NCBI RefSeq assembly: GCF_018350175.1
Contig: NC_058375.1
Coordinates: 3,224,001 to 3,288,000, forward strand
Length of the DNA stretch: 64,000 nucleotides
Origin: Felis catus
Lineage: Eukaryota
Direction of reading: 5' to 3'
The position numbers and the translations under genes were made by a program. Below are positions 1-12,835 of this stretch, piece after piece. The notes beneath the pieces are model-generated. The model was not told where the DNA came from, made no database searches, and saw nothing but the letters and a program-made list of their open reading frames with translations. Each line of letters opens with the position of its first letter. Positions within the stretch are counted from its first letter, which is position 1.

Positions 1-785
1 ATAAATAAACATTAAAAAAATTAAATAAAGGATAACGCACTTGAGATTTGTTTGGGATTATCTTACTTCCGCACAAACTTTGAGCAGGGGAGAGAAAAGG
101 TGGGCAATACCTCACACACATCTGTGGTTGCCATAAGCAATGTCTTAAAGATAGCGCCATACAAAGAATGCAAAGATAAATCAAGGAGGCTTACGAGCTA
201 CACATCAGAAACTGTAGCACCATCTGCTTTAAGTAACATTTATTTTCCCAGAAAAAAAAAATATGTTCTAAAACTGAATAATGTCCATGTAGTCTAAATA
301 TTTGCTCTCCACAAGCATCCTGGGAACGATATGCAAAAGTTCCTGGAACTAGAAGGCATTACAAAATATTGAAATGGAAAGAAACAAAGTTATTTTACTA
401 TGCAATGTGTTCAATTGCTATGTAAATGTGGGAGCATTATTATTTATTGCTTTTTCAGCTCTGACAGTTGGAAATATTGCAGAAGCAAAAGACATCTGTT
501 GAGTGTAGCACGAGTATCTACAAAATAGCGATCAGGGCTGAATGGTGTTATTTCTGGACCCCTGGGTGCAGGTGTGAAGTCACAGCGAGAAACAAATTGC
601 ACTGAGCTCTTTGCAGCCACTTACTTGGTATAAGGAAAACACTGCAAGAGGGCGTTTGGGGATGTGATGCACCCGCCCCGGCTGACGCTGGGGTTCCATT
701 TCCCCTGATCTGATTCAGAAGGTCAGACTTGGTCCATTGACGAAGCCAACGCACAGGCACCGTTCAGGACGGTGGCAAACAGCAG

Positions 786-965
786 AGGCTTTGGAACGGA
801 CGGACCTGGGCGCACACCTCCGCTCTGAGACTCTGGCTGTGGGGCTCTGGACAAGTTGTATGACTTCACTTGGCCCCAGTCTTCATCTGTAAAATGGGAA
901 TAATAATACCTCCCGTGCCTACGGTTCTTACGAGAATGGACTTACCTCATATACACCAAATGCTT
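786..965 (+). mobile_element. MIR SINE, old and diverged
   Basis: MIR core CAGTCTTCATCTGTAAAATGGGAATAATAATACCTCC preceded by GGCTTTGGA..GGACCTGGG. Confidence 0.8.
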
Positions 966-1672
966 TATGTGCTGGTTACCGGGACCCCTCTGACCTCTCC
1001 CTGCCTCCGCGGCTGAAGTCATGGTTCTAATAGGGTCCTTCAGGGCCTAAATAAAAGTGCATCTGAGACGTCTTTGCTAGCACGCTTTTAAATTGTATTG
1101 ACACGTGGTACAGAGCATGGGGGAGAGATAGGATTCATTAGCTTGTGGCTGGGACTTCTGAATTTTATCGCTCAGTGTCTCTGGTCCTATCATCTGGTGG
1201 CCTTGTTTTATCCTTTGATATTTCAAATCTGTCAGGAGCCCTGGCACCGAGCCCCAAGCACCAGACCTGAAATATTCCCCCAAAATGCCTTCCCACCTTT
1301 TCAAGCTCACTCAGAACACCTGACAGCGAGCAGACTTTCATGAACATCAAGAGAACATCCTTATGCACCTGCCTGACCGCTCAAAACCATTCCTGCCGTC
1401 CCTTTTCCAAGACTGCGAGAAAGCTTTCTGCTTGCCAAGAATTCATCACAAGATTCTTTTTTAATAAATCAGATTTCTCTCTAACAAATATCTACCATGC
1501 CTCAACACTTAGAAAATATTTATTTCGGAAATGCTCCTATTAGGAAATTCTTACTACGTACCCAGCTTGGTGTTTTTATTGTTTAGATTCCTGTTATCAT
1601 TGTTACAGACACTTTGGTGATGATCCCTAGAAGTAGGCCAGTTAGCACACTGGTCACTTAACTGATCAGTGA

Positions 1673-2021
1673 TGTCGTAGGGTCCCCTCCCTCCCTAAGG
1701 AGAGAAAAGCAAGAAAAGAGAGAAAAGGAGAAAAAAAAACAACCCTCAAGGTAACCTGTCTATGCGCCTATGTGACAACACCCCTCATGACCTTGTAAAC
1801 TGAGACCACTTAATCAGACTGCATGCTGTCTGTGTTACCATATGTGGGAGACAAAAAAAAATAGAAAATATATTTAAAAAAAACTATGCCACATGACGTT
1901 CAGCCCTCAGCTCTTTGGGTACGAACCCCACTGAGTGGTGCCGGCACAAATAAAGTTGCTTCCTGGCAAAAAAAAAAAAGAGCCTCAGTGTCATGACTCT
2001 CTGTGTGAGAATCCTGCTACA
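1673..2021 (+). mobile_element. Solo LTR, probably ERV1 class
   Basis: TG...CA termini with imperfect inverted ends (TGTCGTAGG / CCTGCTACA), 4-bp TSD GTGA at 1669-1672 and 2022-2025, AATAAA near 1949. The 5' boundary rests only on the short TSD. Confidence 0.6.
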
Positions 2022-2764
2022 GTGAAGTGTGTGGTTCTTAAGGCCCTGGTCCCGAGGAATAGCATTTTTTTTCTCTCGTGGTTTCTTGATTGAAAATAAG
2101 AATAGAATCACCCAGGTATGAGATGCTTAATACCATGTTCAAGTTCTGGAGAAAACCTCAGCACACATTAAAAAGCACAATTCTGCCTAAATCTTCCTTT
2201 TCTCCCTTAAATAGTGCTTGTCAGCTTAAGGGCTCTCGAGGTGGGCATTTGAGCCCAGCCGTGACAAGCAACGTCCCCAGGGTGTCACAGGACACTGTGG
2301 GACACTGGCCAGAGAGCAGGACAGCAGATGTGTTCCTCCCTTAACCATCTGCAAGCTGGAGGTGGCCACAGAGAGAGAACCAAAGCAAGAGGCCTGGCCC
2401 TGCAGCACATCCCCCACCCTCTGGGAGCAGCCGAGCACAGGGCAGGAGAGTGTCTCTGCAGCAGAGGGCACAGAGGGAGGGTTCCAGATGTTTCTGGACC
2501 TTTAAGGAAAAAAGGCTGATGATAACATCAAGAAGGCGGAGAAAGGGCTGCTGTTTCAGAAAGACCAGTGCCCAAAGAGGGCCCTTAGGGACGTGGGCTC
2601 GTGGAGGAGGGGAGGTGAGACAGGCAGGTGTCTGTGGCAGGGAAGGTTCCAGGGCACAGCAGCCTGTCTGTTCAGAGGGAGTGAGCCTCCCGTTCCTCCC
2701 CACAGGAAGAAAAAGATCCTGTTGGGGCAACGTGACACGTCTCAAGGTAGAAACAAGAAGAGAG

Positions 2765-2990
2765 GGGGTGCCTGGGTGGCTCAGTCAGTTCAGTGTCCGA
2801 CTTGGGCTCAGGTCATGATCTCGCGTTTCGTGAGTTTGAGCCCCGCATGGGGCTCTGTGCTGACAGCTTGGAGCCTGGAGCCTGCTTCGGATTCTGTGTC
2901 TCCCTCTCTCTCTGCCCCTCCCCTGCTCATGCTCTGTCTCTCTGTCTCAAAAAATAAATAAATGTAAATAATAATAATAATAATAATAAA
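2765..2990 (+). mobile_element. Can-SINE (SINEC, felid type)
   Basis: GGGGTGCCTGGGTGGCTCAGTC head, (CT)n linker, A tail turned into (AAT)n, TSD ~AGAAACAAGA. Confidence 0.95.
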
Positions 2991-4324
2991 GAAACAAGAG
3001 AGATAGACTGGAAACAGACAAAATTAGGGGAGAAGAGGGAAATGCTGGGAACACGTAGGACACGCGGCTCCGGTGGATTGAGATGAGGAAGGCGGGCTTG
3101 GCGGGGGGTGTGCAGGGACAGAGGAGGGAGAGAGGCAGGCGAGGCTGTCCGGCTGCAAGGGAAGGGCAGCGGGGGAGAACACAGAGCCCTGGCAAGCAGA
3201 CAGGGTGGGGCTCTGACAGGGCCCACAGAAGGCTGGATGAGAAGGAAATAGCAAACCAGAGGCAGAGTCAAGGCAGATCGATGGCGATACGGTCAGGCGC
3301 TCTGAGCTCTGAGGGAGCTCATCTAGCGAGGCAGGGAACGCTCCCGGTGGGACACCTGCGGCCACTCTTCACGAAGAAGTTGGTGCAGGTAGGGCCTCAA
3401 GCATGCACTTGTCTACACAGTAGCACTGGCTCAGCTCGGCGACCACAGCCAGCTTCCACCTGCCTCCTGTGCGGGAATCGTGGGTGGAGCGGGCTCTGAA
3501 CACTGTTTCCAGGGCAGGGCCCCCCTCCCCTGCCCAGACAAACCCTGTATCCAGACGAGCAGCTGTAACACCACTCACCTTTGCTCTAGTGGTGGAAAAC
3601 CCAAACACGCGTGGTGCTTGCGTTCCCAGAAGCAATGGTACCAGGCCGCCGTTTGCAGCCACTTGGAGGAAATGTGTGACCTTGTCATGTACTTTATTTA
3701 ACACTTCCTTGCTTCGGGATTCTCTCGCTCCTCTCCTGAAGAGTTTATATGTTCCGGTTCCTTGAGGACCTCCCACGGGCCAGACTCCATGTAAAGGGAA
3801 ATGAGACAAAGTATCAGGAACGAGGCAGCATTCGCTCTGGGCTCTGCAAGTTGGCAAGTTTGCAGGCCGCTAGGGAAGCCCCGGCCAGCCCCACACTGTC
3901 GCCACTGTTCTCCTCTCCTGCAACAACCATGAGGGACCGTGAGCCCCCTCCCCTGGGTCAGACCAGAGGAAGCGGAAGCAGGAAAGCCCTACCTCCGCCA
4001 GCTCCAGGGTTTTGGCGACAGTGTTAGCAATCCAGAGAACACACGTTGGCCAAAACAAACGTCACCGTAAGGAGAGGTGGTAAGGTTCAGACTCACGACA
4101 AAACGTCGGGCGGCTGCCAAGGGGGAGGTTGACAAGATCTGTGTTGCAACTAATGCCCCCACCCAGTGCAGAGGCAGAGGCAGGGGGCAGGGGGCAGGCA
4201 GCCGTGGCGGATGCCCCAGAGGCGGGAGGGGGGACCCGAGGAAGAAAGAAGGGATCCAGGTGTGCCCAGAACAAAGACTCCTGAGGGTTTCGCCGGTTTC
4301 CCGTTGAGAGGGTCTCGAGAGGAA

Positions 4325-4366
4325 GAGAGAGAGAGAGGGAGAGGGAGAGGGAGAGGGAGAGGGAGA
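4325..4366. repeat. (GA)n/(GAGGGA)n polypurine microsatellite
   Basis: Read directly from sequence. Confidence 0.9.
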
Positions 4367-4869
4367 GCAAGCGAGAGGGGTTGGACGTCAGTGACCGAGG
4401 CCCCTCCGTGGACCTCCCTCTGTCTGGGTGTATCACTCGGCCTCCCTCCCAGGCAGCGTTTGATAAACATCAGTGCACGAGTTCTACAATGAGACCCTGC
4501 CCCACGCGGTGACTTAGTTTGTCTCTGCCTGGCAAGAGTCATTGCACAGGTTGCTTGAGGATTGAGATTAAATACTCAGTCCACACCAGGCGCTATGCCA
4601 GACGGTCACGAAAGGGTGGCTATTTTCTCCTTCTCTTTCGTCTTCCCGTACTGCTCCCTCCGGCATAAAGAGCCCCCTCAGGGACTGTTAGTCAGGTCTG
4701 CGGAGCCGTGAAACCCTTCTCCCAATTTCGGCAAGGCCCACTTGGCCGGGATGGATCGGCCAGGCCAGCAGCCCCGTGTTTCCGCGTCGAGGCTTATTCC
4801 TTTCTTCCAGGTCCGCGTGTAACACTTGAACAACGTTCTCCCGTGTGGACATCAGGATAGCCTGTGACT

Positions 4870-4983
4870 AGGGCGGGCTTCGTGGGCGTGTGGCTCTGGC
4901 ACCCACCCAGGGCCCCGTGCTCAAAAGGCCCCGGCACCTGGCCTAATGCTCTGCCATCACGGTTTTGAAACTCCTAGTAATTT
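4870..4983 (+). mobile_element. MER45A-like hAT-Tip100 DNA transposon, left part only
   Basis: AGGGCGGGCTTCGTGGGCGTG...CAGGGCCCCGTGCTCAAAAGGCCCC...TAATGCTCTGCC..TTGAAACTCCTAGTAATTT resembles the remembered MER45A consensus. Confidence 0.7.
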
Positions 4984-5212
4984 CTTTTTCTTTTTTAATT
5001 TTTTTTAATATGTACTTATTTTTGAGAGAGAGAAAGAGAGACAGAGCGTGAGCAGGGGTGGGGCAGAGAGAGAGGGAGACACAGAATCGGAAACAGGCTC
5101 CAGGCTCTGAGCCACCAGCCCAGAGACCGACGCGGGGCTCGAACTCACGGACCGCGAGATCGTGACCTGGCTGAAGTCGGACGCTTAACCGACTGCGCCA
5201 CCCAGGCGCCCC
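4984..5212 (-). mobile_element. Can-SINE (SINEC_Fc), no TSD found
   Basis: Reverse complement of young felid head (GACTGCGCCACCCAGGCGCCCC), T-rich tail on left. Confidence 0.95.
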
Positions 5213-5217
5213 TGTGA

Positions 5218-5465
5218 ACTTGTTTTAAATTGTGGTAAAATACACATAACATAAACTTGACCATCGTAACCATCTCCAAGTGACCGATCGATAGCATTTA
5301 GCAAATCCACTGCATTATGTGACCATCACCACCTGGTTCCCAAATATTTTCACTCCTTCCCTCCCTCCCCGGCTGTAAGCAACAGCTAATTGACTTTCTG
5401 TCTCTACCGATTCATCAATGCGGGGTGTTTCCTCTAACTGGAATCCCACAATATAGGGCCTTCTT
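5218..5465 (-). mobile_element. Old L1 (L1MB/L1MC-type) 3' UTR fragment
   Basis: TTGTGGTAAAATACACATAACATAAA...ACTTTCTGTCTCTA is typical of antisense L1M 3' ends. Confidence 0.75.
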
Positions 5466-6814
5466 TGAACTTTCGGACCCATGTTTAACTCATTTATAAA
5501 ACACAGATAATAGCATCGAACCCCAAGCGTTGATGTGAAAACTCGGCGAGAAACTGTTTATCTTACCAGGTCCTTCTAGGACGGCTCCATTGTTATCTGC
5601 TGCTCCTGTCACTGTTGTCACGGCGAGGGCCAGGGTGTTGAGCACGATTCTGCCGTGAGCTATCGGCGATCACACAACCAGCAAATGCCCGCCGGGAACC
5701 CTGGACTCTGATCCTCGTTCCAAATCCTATGCTTCCGTAATCTCCCCGTCGCCCGGGTAGGATTTCCGAAGGAGCAAGGATGGGGAGCAGGTTAAGGCAA
5801 TGCAGTCAGTGACAAATGCTGAGAAAGGTCTAGGGCAAGAAAGGACGGGGCGGGTGGTGAAGGCAGATGAGCTGGGCTGGTCGGCTGGGGCCACATCCTG
5901 GGACCTTCAGTACCTATCCTCGGGTCTGGGACACGCTACGATGGCCCTGCTGTGCCCCTGGGGGCCTCTTTCACAGGATCCAGACTCTGCAGAAAATTTA
6001 GCTGGAAAGCAGGGCTGTGCGGGATGAGAGAAGGCAAGCCGAGCCAGCGCAGCATCCTGGGGAAGCACTGTGCCCTGGGCGCATTCTCTTCTCTATCCGA
6101 TTTGTGTGTTTTAAAATAACCACAATGCTGTGCAGGAACCCCACTGCGGAGCCGTCCGGTATTTGCAAACAACAGCTCATTAGGCCTTACCCTTTGTCCA
6201 CCTGTCTGTGGGTTCAATGGAACAGGCACAGTTTCATAGCTGCAACCTGCCCCTCGCTGGAGTTCTTTCTTTCCTCTTGTGGCATTGTCTGTGCCCCGCA
6301 GCGGGCCCAGGTCAGCGACACAGGCCCACGGGAGCAAGACCAGCCTCTGAATACAAGGGGAAGAGTCTGGACAATGGCCAGACGGCACCTGCCAGGCAAA
6401 TAGGTATTCGTCACACCTTCTGAGATGACGTCGGGCAGGAAATGTAGATGTTTTCGGAGACAAAAATCCCACTCCTGTGCAGCCACTGTTTGCCATAGGA
6501 AAGTCCATTCCAAACAGGCTGCAGCTCTCTCTGGTCCTTGAACCTGACAACTGGACTTTGCTCTCCAGAGAAGCCAGATGGCCGTGGTGCAGTCTCCAGG
6601 GCGACCAAGGAGAGACTCCAATTTCAGAAAGGAGGCAGACGCAGACAGAGAGGACTTGGAAAAGCATGTCTCCCCAGAGCTCGGGTCTGCGGGGCGGAGC
6701 ACATCTTTGCTGTCTTTGCTACAGGACGACCAGAGAGCGAGGAAACAGCGCTCCCCCAGCATGATTTTAGAGCGGGCATCCCTATTTCCAGGAGGCTGTC
6801 TCTGTGCCCCCCAA

Positions 6815-6995
6815 GCCCCCTGCCACTTCCTGGCTTCGTGATCTTGGGCAAATTGTTTATGTTCTCTAGACCTCAGTTTTTCCACCTATAAAATGGCTAT
6901 AAAGTCATGGAGCCCATGGGTTGCTTGTGAATATTTGATGAAGTAATTGGGTCCAAGGCACTCAGGACAAGCTGGCGTGTGGTGAGCGCTAGGTG
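6815..6995 (+). mobile_element. MIR SINE
   Basis: CTGCCACTTCCTGGC..GTGATCTTGGGCAAATTG..CCTCAGTTTTTCCACCTATAAAATGG. Confidence 0.8.
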
Positions 6996-7074
6996 ACTGG
7001 CCACAGCAGGACACGTGGAGACTACTTCCACCCGTGGAACTTAGTTGTTCTTGAATCTCTGATAATCCTGTTGT

Positions 7075-7225
7075 NNNNNNNNNNNNNNNNNNNNNNNNNN
7101 NNNNNNNNNNNNNNNNNNNNNNNNNNNNNNNNNNNNNNNNNNNNNNNNNNNNNNNNNNNNNNNNNNNNNNNNNNNNNNNNNNNNNNNNNNNNNNNNNNNN
7201 NNNNNNNNNNNNNNNNNNNNNNNNN
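7075..7225. other. Assembly gap (N run)
   Basis: N run, abutting a SINE. Confidence 1.
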
Positions 7226-7362
7226 GGAGACACAGAATCCAAAGCAGCTCCAGGCTCCGAGCTGTCAGCACAGAGCCCGACGCAGGGCTTGAACTCACGG
7301 ACCACGAAAACATGACCTGAGCCGAAGTCGGATGCTTCACTGACTGAGCCGCTCAGGGGTCC
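7226..7362 (-). mobile_element. Can-SINE, tail lost in the gap
   Basis: GGAGACACAGAATCCAAAGCAG...GACCTGAGCCGAAGTCGGATGCTT. Confidence 0.9.
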
Positions 7363-7379
7363 GTTGTGCTTTATTTCCT

Positions 7380-8920
7380 GAAATGGCTGTCCATTTGCTC
7401 ATTTTCCTTTTCTGTTGTTTTGTTTTAGGTGTGTTTGCAGAAATCAACCTTCAACGTATTTCTTTCTTTTGCTTTAAGCCAAATGTTAACTCCTTCACGG
7501 TTCTTAAAATGCCATCCCCCCCCCCCCCACCATTTCTACCATTGTGATGTTTCTAGCTCCCTCTTGAAAACTGTCGTGTTCACTTCGTTTCTTTTCTTTC
7601 ATGTATTTATTTGAGAGGTTTGGAATAGCTGTACTCTATTCCTGGCAAATGAGTAATCACCCTCAACCTTTTGGCCAAACTAATTATATATGCTTTTTCT
7701 TTTTCCAGTAAACTTCCAAAATTAATTCTATAACCTCTCTACCATAAAGGCAAGACTTTTTTTTAGCACAATTCGTCCCACATCCCCTCTCCTGGTAATC
7801 AGGTATTAAACTTTTTCAGGTTTATGCTGCAGGTTGTGTCAACGTTCTCCGCATTAGGACTCTGTTTAACCCTGAGTTTTACTCAAAATAAAGACGACGA
7901 CATTTCCGCGTTCATCACCTCCACTTTTTCTTGCGTTGCGTGCCTCCCCTCGTCCTGGGCTCCAGCTTTGACTCTGCTGGTGTATGTGCTGCAGCACATT
8001 CCTTCAGAAACAATTTGCAAGTAATAGAATTTTTTTTTAATCTGCGGGTTTGTTGGGATGGTTTTCTTCTCTTTCTTGGCTGTTTGGCTGAAAACATAAC
8101 TTTAAGTCAAAATTCTTTTCCCTTAGAACTTTGAAGATATTGTCTTTCCTTTGTCATTAGTCAAGTGCAATTAGCATGTGTTATATTATTTTCAGGTGGG
8201 GCTATAGTGGCTCAACAATTCTGCACCCTACTCAGGGCTCATCACGGGAAGTGCGCTCTAAATCCCCCTCACCTCCTTCCTTCATCCCTACCCACCTCCC
8301 CTCTGGGAGCCACCAGCGGCTGTTCTGTATCTCAGAGTCTATTTTGTTTGTTTGTCTCTTTCTTTCTTTATTCTTGCAAAGGGCATATCTGACAAGGGGT
8401 TAATGACCAAATTACGTAAAGAACTTATACAACTCAACACGAGAAAAACAAATAAACTCCCATTGTCTTTTATAATTTTTCTTAAAAATGGTAAATCGGA
8501 TGCCAGTTTAAGCCTTGCTGTTTTGAAAATAGCCCACTTTCTTCTATGCATTTTTAGGATTGGCTTACTTTTTTTTTTTTTTTTTAAACTTAGATGTCAG
8601 GTATTTTAGCTGTATTTAGGACAATGTACATTGTCATTCTTTTTACTTAGCATTCAACGATCTCTTTAGAATCGAATCTTTCTTAAAATTCGGCTATTTT
8701 CTTCTACTGTCTTTTCATCATTTTGCCCCCTACTCTTCTCTCTCTCATCACTCTCTGGATTGCACGTTATTAGGGAATTATGTTACTTCTTGAATCAATC
8801 ATCTATATCTCTTAATTTTCCCTTACTATTTCTCTCTTTATTTTCCTGTTCTGTGTGTTAGCCAACTGCCATATCCTATCTTCCGAATCAGTGTCTCAGC
8901 TCCAAGCCACATTCATTCTG
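7380..8920 (-). mobile_element. Highly diverged old L1 (L1ME/HAL1-like), interrupted by a younger L1
   Basis: T-rich strand bias and the motif TTTTCCCTTAGAACTTTGAAGATATTG typical of antisense old-L1 ORF1. Confidence 0.5.
8148..8461 (-). mobile_element. 5'-inverted, truncated carnivore L1
   Basis: Antisense L1 3' UTR at ~8150-8370, then sense ORF2 piece ATATCTGACAAGGGGTTAATGACCAAA..AAAGAACTTATACAACTCAAC at ~8371-8460; TSD ATTGTCTTT at 8139-8147 and 8462-8470. Confidence 0.75.
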
Positions 8921-8944
8921 CCCCACAGCTGAGAGAGAGAGATT

Positions 8945-10010
8945 ATAGTGTGGAGTAATGAGTGGAAATAAATTTTCGATGAATAATGCTAATACAGTTG
9001 GTTTCCATAGTTTTAAAAAGTGAAATACGTTATCAAACTCATTCTATACAGAAAACATAATAATTTCAAATAAATTTAAATCTTAAAAAGCAAATCTCCA
9101 AAATGTTTAAGAGGAAATATGGAAGAATGTCTTTCTGATCTTGAAACAGAAGGAGCTCTTAAACAGAACCAAAAAAAAAATAAATACTTTTAAAGATTGA
9201 TAATTTTGGCTACATGGCAATTAAAAAGATGTTTATCAAAACACACTATAAAAAATCTAGAAGCTGAGAGAAGATACGTTCAACACATACAGCTGAAAAC
9301 AGAAAGGTTTTAGTATTTAGAATCTATAAATATGCCCTTTAAGTCAGTAAGAGAAAAAGAAATGAACCAACAGAAAAATGTGCAATAGACATGAACTGTC
9401 ACGTCACAGAGGTGGAAACACACACACGTCCAAAAAACAAGGGAGATAACTGGCCTCATTAGAAGCCAGGCTAACTCACAGTAGGACACAGTGATAGACC
9501 ACTTGACCCCATGGCATTGCCACAACCTATAATGTCACGAAACAGTGGCAGTGTAACTATAGCCACTTTGGAAACAATGTGGCATTACCACATTGTTGTG
9601 GTACATTGTTGACCACACACATATGTGAGAACTTGGCAATATAGCCCTAAGTACCTTAAGAAATTCTTGTACAGGTGCACCAGGGGCCAGCACAGTTCAA
9701 ATTAGGAAAAAACAAACTGGAAACAACCCAGAGTTTTGTCAACAGGACAGTGGATAAAAAAAAATTGCGGTATATTAATACATTAGAATATTCTGGACCA
9801 TTAAACATGAATGAACCTGAGAATATCATATTGTGAGATGTACCATTAAGAAGGAATGAACTATGATACACACAACAAATGATGAATCTTGGAAACATAA
9901 TGTTGCATGTAAATACAAGTCCCAGAAGGCCACATACAACAAGTTACAATCTTTATAATAATCAGAAACATGTGAAACTAGGCAGCACACTGGTTAGGTA
10001 TGCACATACG
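8945..10010 (+). mobile_element. Old L1 (L1ME/L1MC-type) ORF2 3' end and 3' UTR
   Basis: A-rich strand; AGCCACTTTGGAAAC, AACTGGAAACAACCCA, GATGAATCTTGGAAACATAATGTTG motifs. Confidence 0.75.
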
Positions 10011-10715
10011 GAAGCATCTTGCTTTCCTTCCAGCCGCAAAAGAAAGTCAGTGAAACAGTCTAGCAAGCCCTGTTACCAGATAGTCTCAGAGTGCTTTTTT
10101 GAGCCTCTTTTTCTTAAGAGCCACAGTGAGTGGATATTTCTACATTATTACGTTATTGGGTAATGATAAATAGTTTGGAAAACGCAAGCGCTAAAAAGAA
10201 GAAAGTACAATTGCCCGAAACCCAACATCTTCAAAAAACATCCCTGAAAAGGGACTGTTTTCTGTTCTGAAGTGCGATACTAATCCAATCCCAACAACGT
10301 CTTCCAACTATGAGGGTGCAGAGACAAGGATAGGGGTCCACCCAGAGACTGCGTGGCAGGATGCATTTGTGAGTTTGAGCTGCAGGGACCCTGGCACCAA
10401 GGGACTCTGGTCTGTTGTGGGGCGCTCCAAAACTGGTCTTTGAACCATTTGCTCCTGCCCAGGTTCCAGAACCATCATTGTATGGTTCCATTTGTGTGAC
10501 GCTGTGACATTGTCTGAGGCGCAGTCTTTTGGAAACCAAAATTTTTGAGGACAGAATTTCCACTTAAGATAAAATTTAACAAGCTCTCTAGAGAAATTAG
10601 CCAAGGTCGGAGATCTAAACTTGCCAAACAAACAAATTGTCAGACACTAAAATGGACAAGTTTCTCCCCCTCCCCATTTTTAAACATTAAGGAGCTGAAT
10701 AATTCTGTTTCTCCT

Positions 10716-10910
10716 NNNNNNNNNNNNNNNNNNNNNNNNNNNNNNNNNNNNNNNNNNNNNNNNNNNNNNNNNNNNNNNNNNNNNNNNNNNNNNNNNNNNN
10801 NNNNNNNNNNNNNNNNNNNNNNNNNNNNNNNNNNNNNNNNNNNNNNNNNNNNNNNNNNNNNNNNNNNNNNNNNNNNNNNNNNNNNNNNNNNNNNNNNNNN
10901 NNNNNNNNNN
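10716..10910. other. Assembly gap (N run)
   Basis: N run. Confidence 1.
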
Positions 10911-11567
10911 GGGTTTTAGCTACTCTAGACTGCCCCTGCCAAGTCACTTATACACCATCCTTCCAAAGTTTGGCTTTGAGATGTAAAAGAATTTGGGGGG
11001 GGGGGGATTTTCACACAGATTTGCACCTTGCAAAAAAGAATCTGGGATGCCAATTATAGAGACATGGCAACCATGTGAGTTGGAAACAGAGCAAAGAAAT
11101 CATCTCAAGATTTTGATCCAAACCCTGAGATGTGGTAAAGTTTAATTTCAGATTCAGAATATTTGTTTTAAGAAAACAATATCCACACTATTTCTATTTT
11201 GTACATATGTGTACATATATATTAAGGATTTTAACATGATGTTGACCCATTTTAAGTTAAGTGTGTGTGTATGTGTATGTGTGTGTGTGTGTTATTTTAA
11301 GTAAACTCAATATACAAAATCTAATATTTACAGAACCACTAAGGCTGAATTTTCACTTATAGTACAGGACCCCATGCTTTAAGTCTAAAATTCATGTCTT
11401 TTGAGCATACGGTGTGCACCACCTACAGGCAGAGGCATGATATTGCAGTGCAGCCCTATTAGACATTACAAACACCCACCCAAAAAGCTTAGCCTTTCTT
11501 CTCCATCCTTTCTGTTTTCTCCGTGGACATCTAGGTGCTCCAGAATCTTTTTTCAACCTCTTCTTTA

Positions 11568-11793
11568 TTTTAAGGTTTTTTTTAATTTAGAGAGAGAGAG
11601 AGAGGGAGGGAGGGAGGGAGGGAGAGAGAGCACCATCAGGGGAGGTGCAGAGAGAGAGGGAGAGAATCCCACACAGGCTCTGCACTGTCAGCACAGAGCC
11701 TAATGTGAGGCTTGATCCCATGATCCCTGAGATCATGACCTGAGCTGAAACCAAGAATCAGATGTTTAACTGACTGAGCCACCCAGGTACCTC
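11568..11793 (-). mobile_element. Can-SINE, older carnivore subfamily
   Basis: GAGAGAATCCCACACAGGCTC..ACTGAGCCACCCAGG; TSD TCAACCTCTTCTTT. Confidence 0.9.
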
Positions 11794-11809
11794 TCAACCT
11801 CTTCTTTTC

Positions 11810-12835
11810 TCAAGCTATACTATCCTCCAGGTGGCCTCATCCATCCCTGTGGCTTTAAGACCATCTCTATGCTAGTAACTCCCAACTGCAGATCACACCT
11901 AGACCTCCGTGCTGAATTCCAGGTGGGTAGACCCACTGCCCTCTCAAAATCTCCCCTTGCCCGTCCGACAGACACTCGCCACCAGTCACGAGCCTATTCT
12001 GCTATCTCAGTGAATGGAAATGCCAGCCTTCTTGGTTCTTCGCCCAAAGTTTGGAATCATCCTTGAAGCACTCTCCTTCCTTTGTGCACCCCCCATCCAA
12101 TCCTTGGAGTCTACTGTAGGTCTTCCTCCATACGTTCCGCTCGTGTCACTATCCTGTGCCAGGATTAAGTTCCTTAACTGGTTTGCAGGCTTCCACTCTT
12201 ATCTCCTGCCCATTCCTGCTCCTCCAGACTACCCCCAGAACAGCCCGGGTGATTGGTTTAAGATATGACTAATAACACAGGACTGCTCTGCCGACAGTCA
12301 CCCAATCCTGCCCCATTTCTCAGAGCAAAAGCCAAAGCCTTGTATGTCCTCAAGGGCCTACATCATCGGCCGGCACCTCAGCTCTGACCCAATCGGCTGC
12401 TACTTACTCCCTCTGTTCCTGTGCTCCTGCCACATGGGTCCACTGTTGTGGCCAAGATATGCCCAAGCCCTGTCCCAGGGCCTTGGCCTGCCCTTCCCTC
12501 CGCCTGGGTTTCTGTTTCAACACAAGCCTGACCAAAACAGCCCCTCCTGCTTTCCCCGAGCATGCCCACCCCTCCCCCCGCCTGACATAGTTTCTCTTCC
12601 TTTTCATCTCTGCATTTCCTATGTGTTTCCTATGTGTTTCACTCATTCCCACATCCAATCAGTCATTTATTGTCTCTTTCCTCCTACAGAAATGGGGCAG
12701 GGACTCTGTCTGTTTTGTTTCCTGCTATGTTCTCTGCACTAGAACAATGTGTTACACAGAGTAGGCACTAAAGAAAAGTTCGTCAGGTAAAAGAATGAAT
12801 AAAGATTGATTGCACGAATAAAATTATGAATGAAT
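11810..12835 (+). mobile_element. L2 LINE 3' portion
   Basis: GGCTTTAAGACCATCTCTATGCT, ending GGGCAGGGACTCTGTCTGTTTTGTT..ACAGAGTAGGCACT..GAATGAAT as in the L2 3' terminus. Confidence 0.8.

Noticed and set aside
10911-11410. Possible hAT DNA-transposon fossil (ATGGCAACC terminus-like motif)
   Set aside because: I could not identify matching termini or a family, and the segment abuts an assembly gap.
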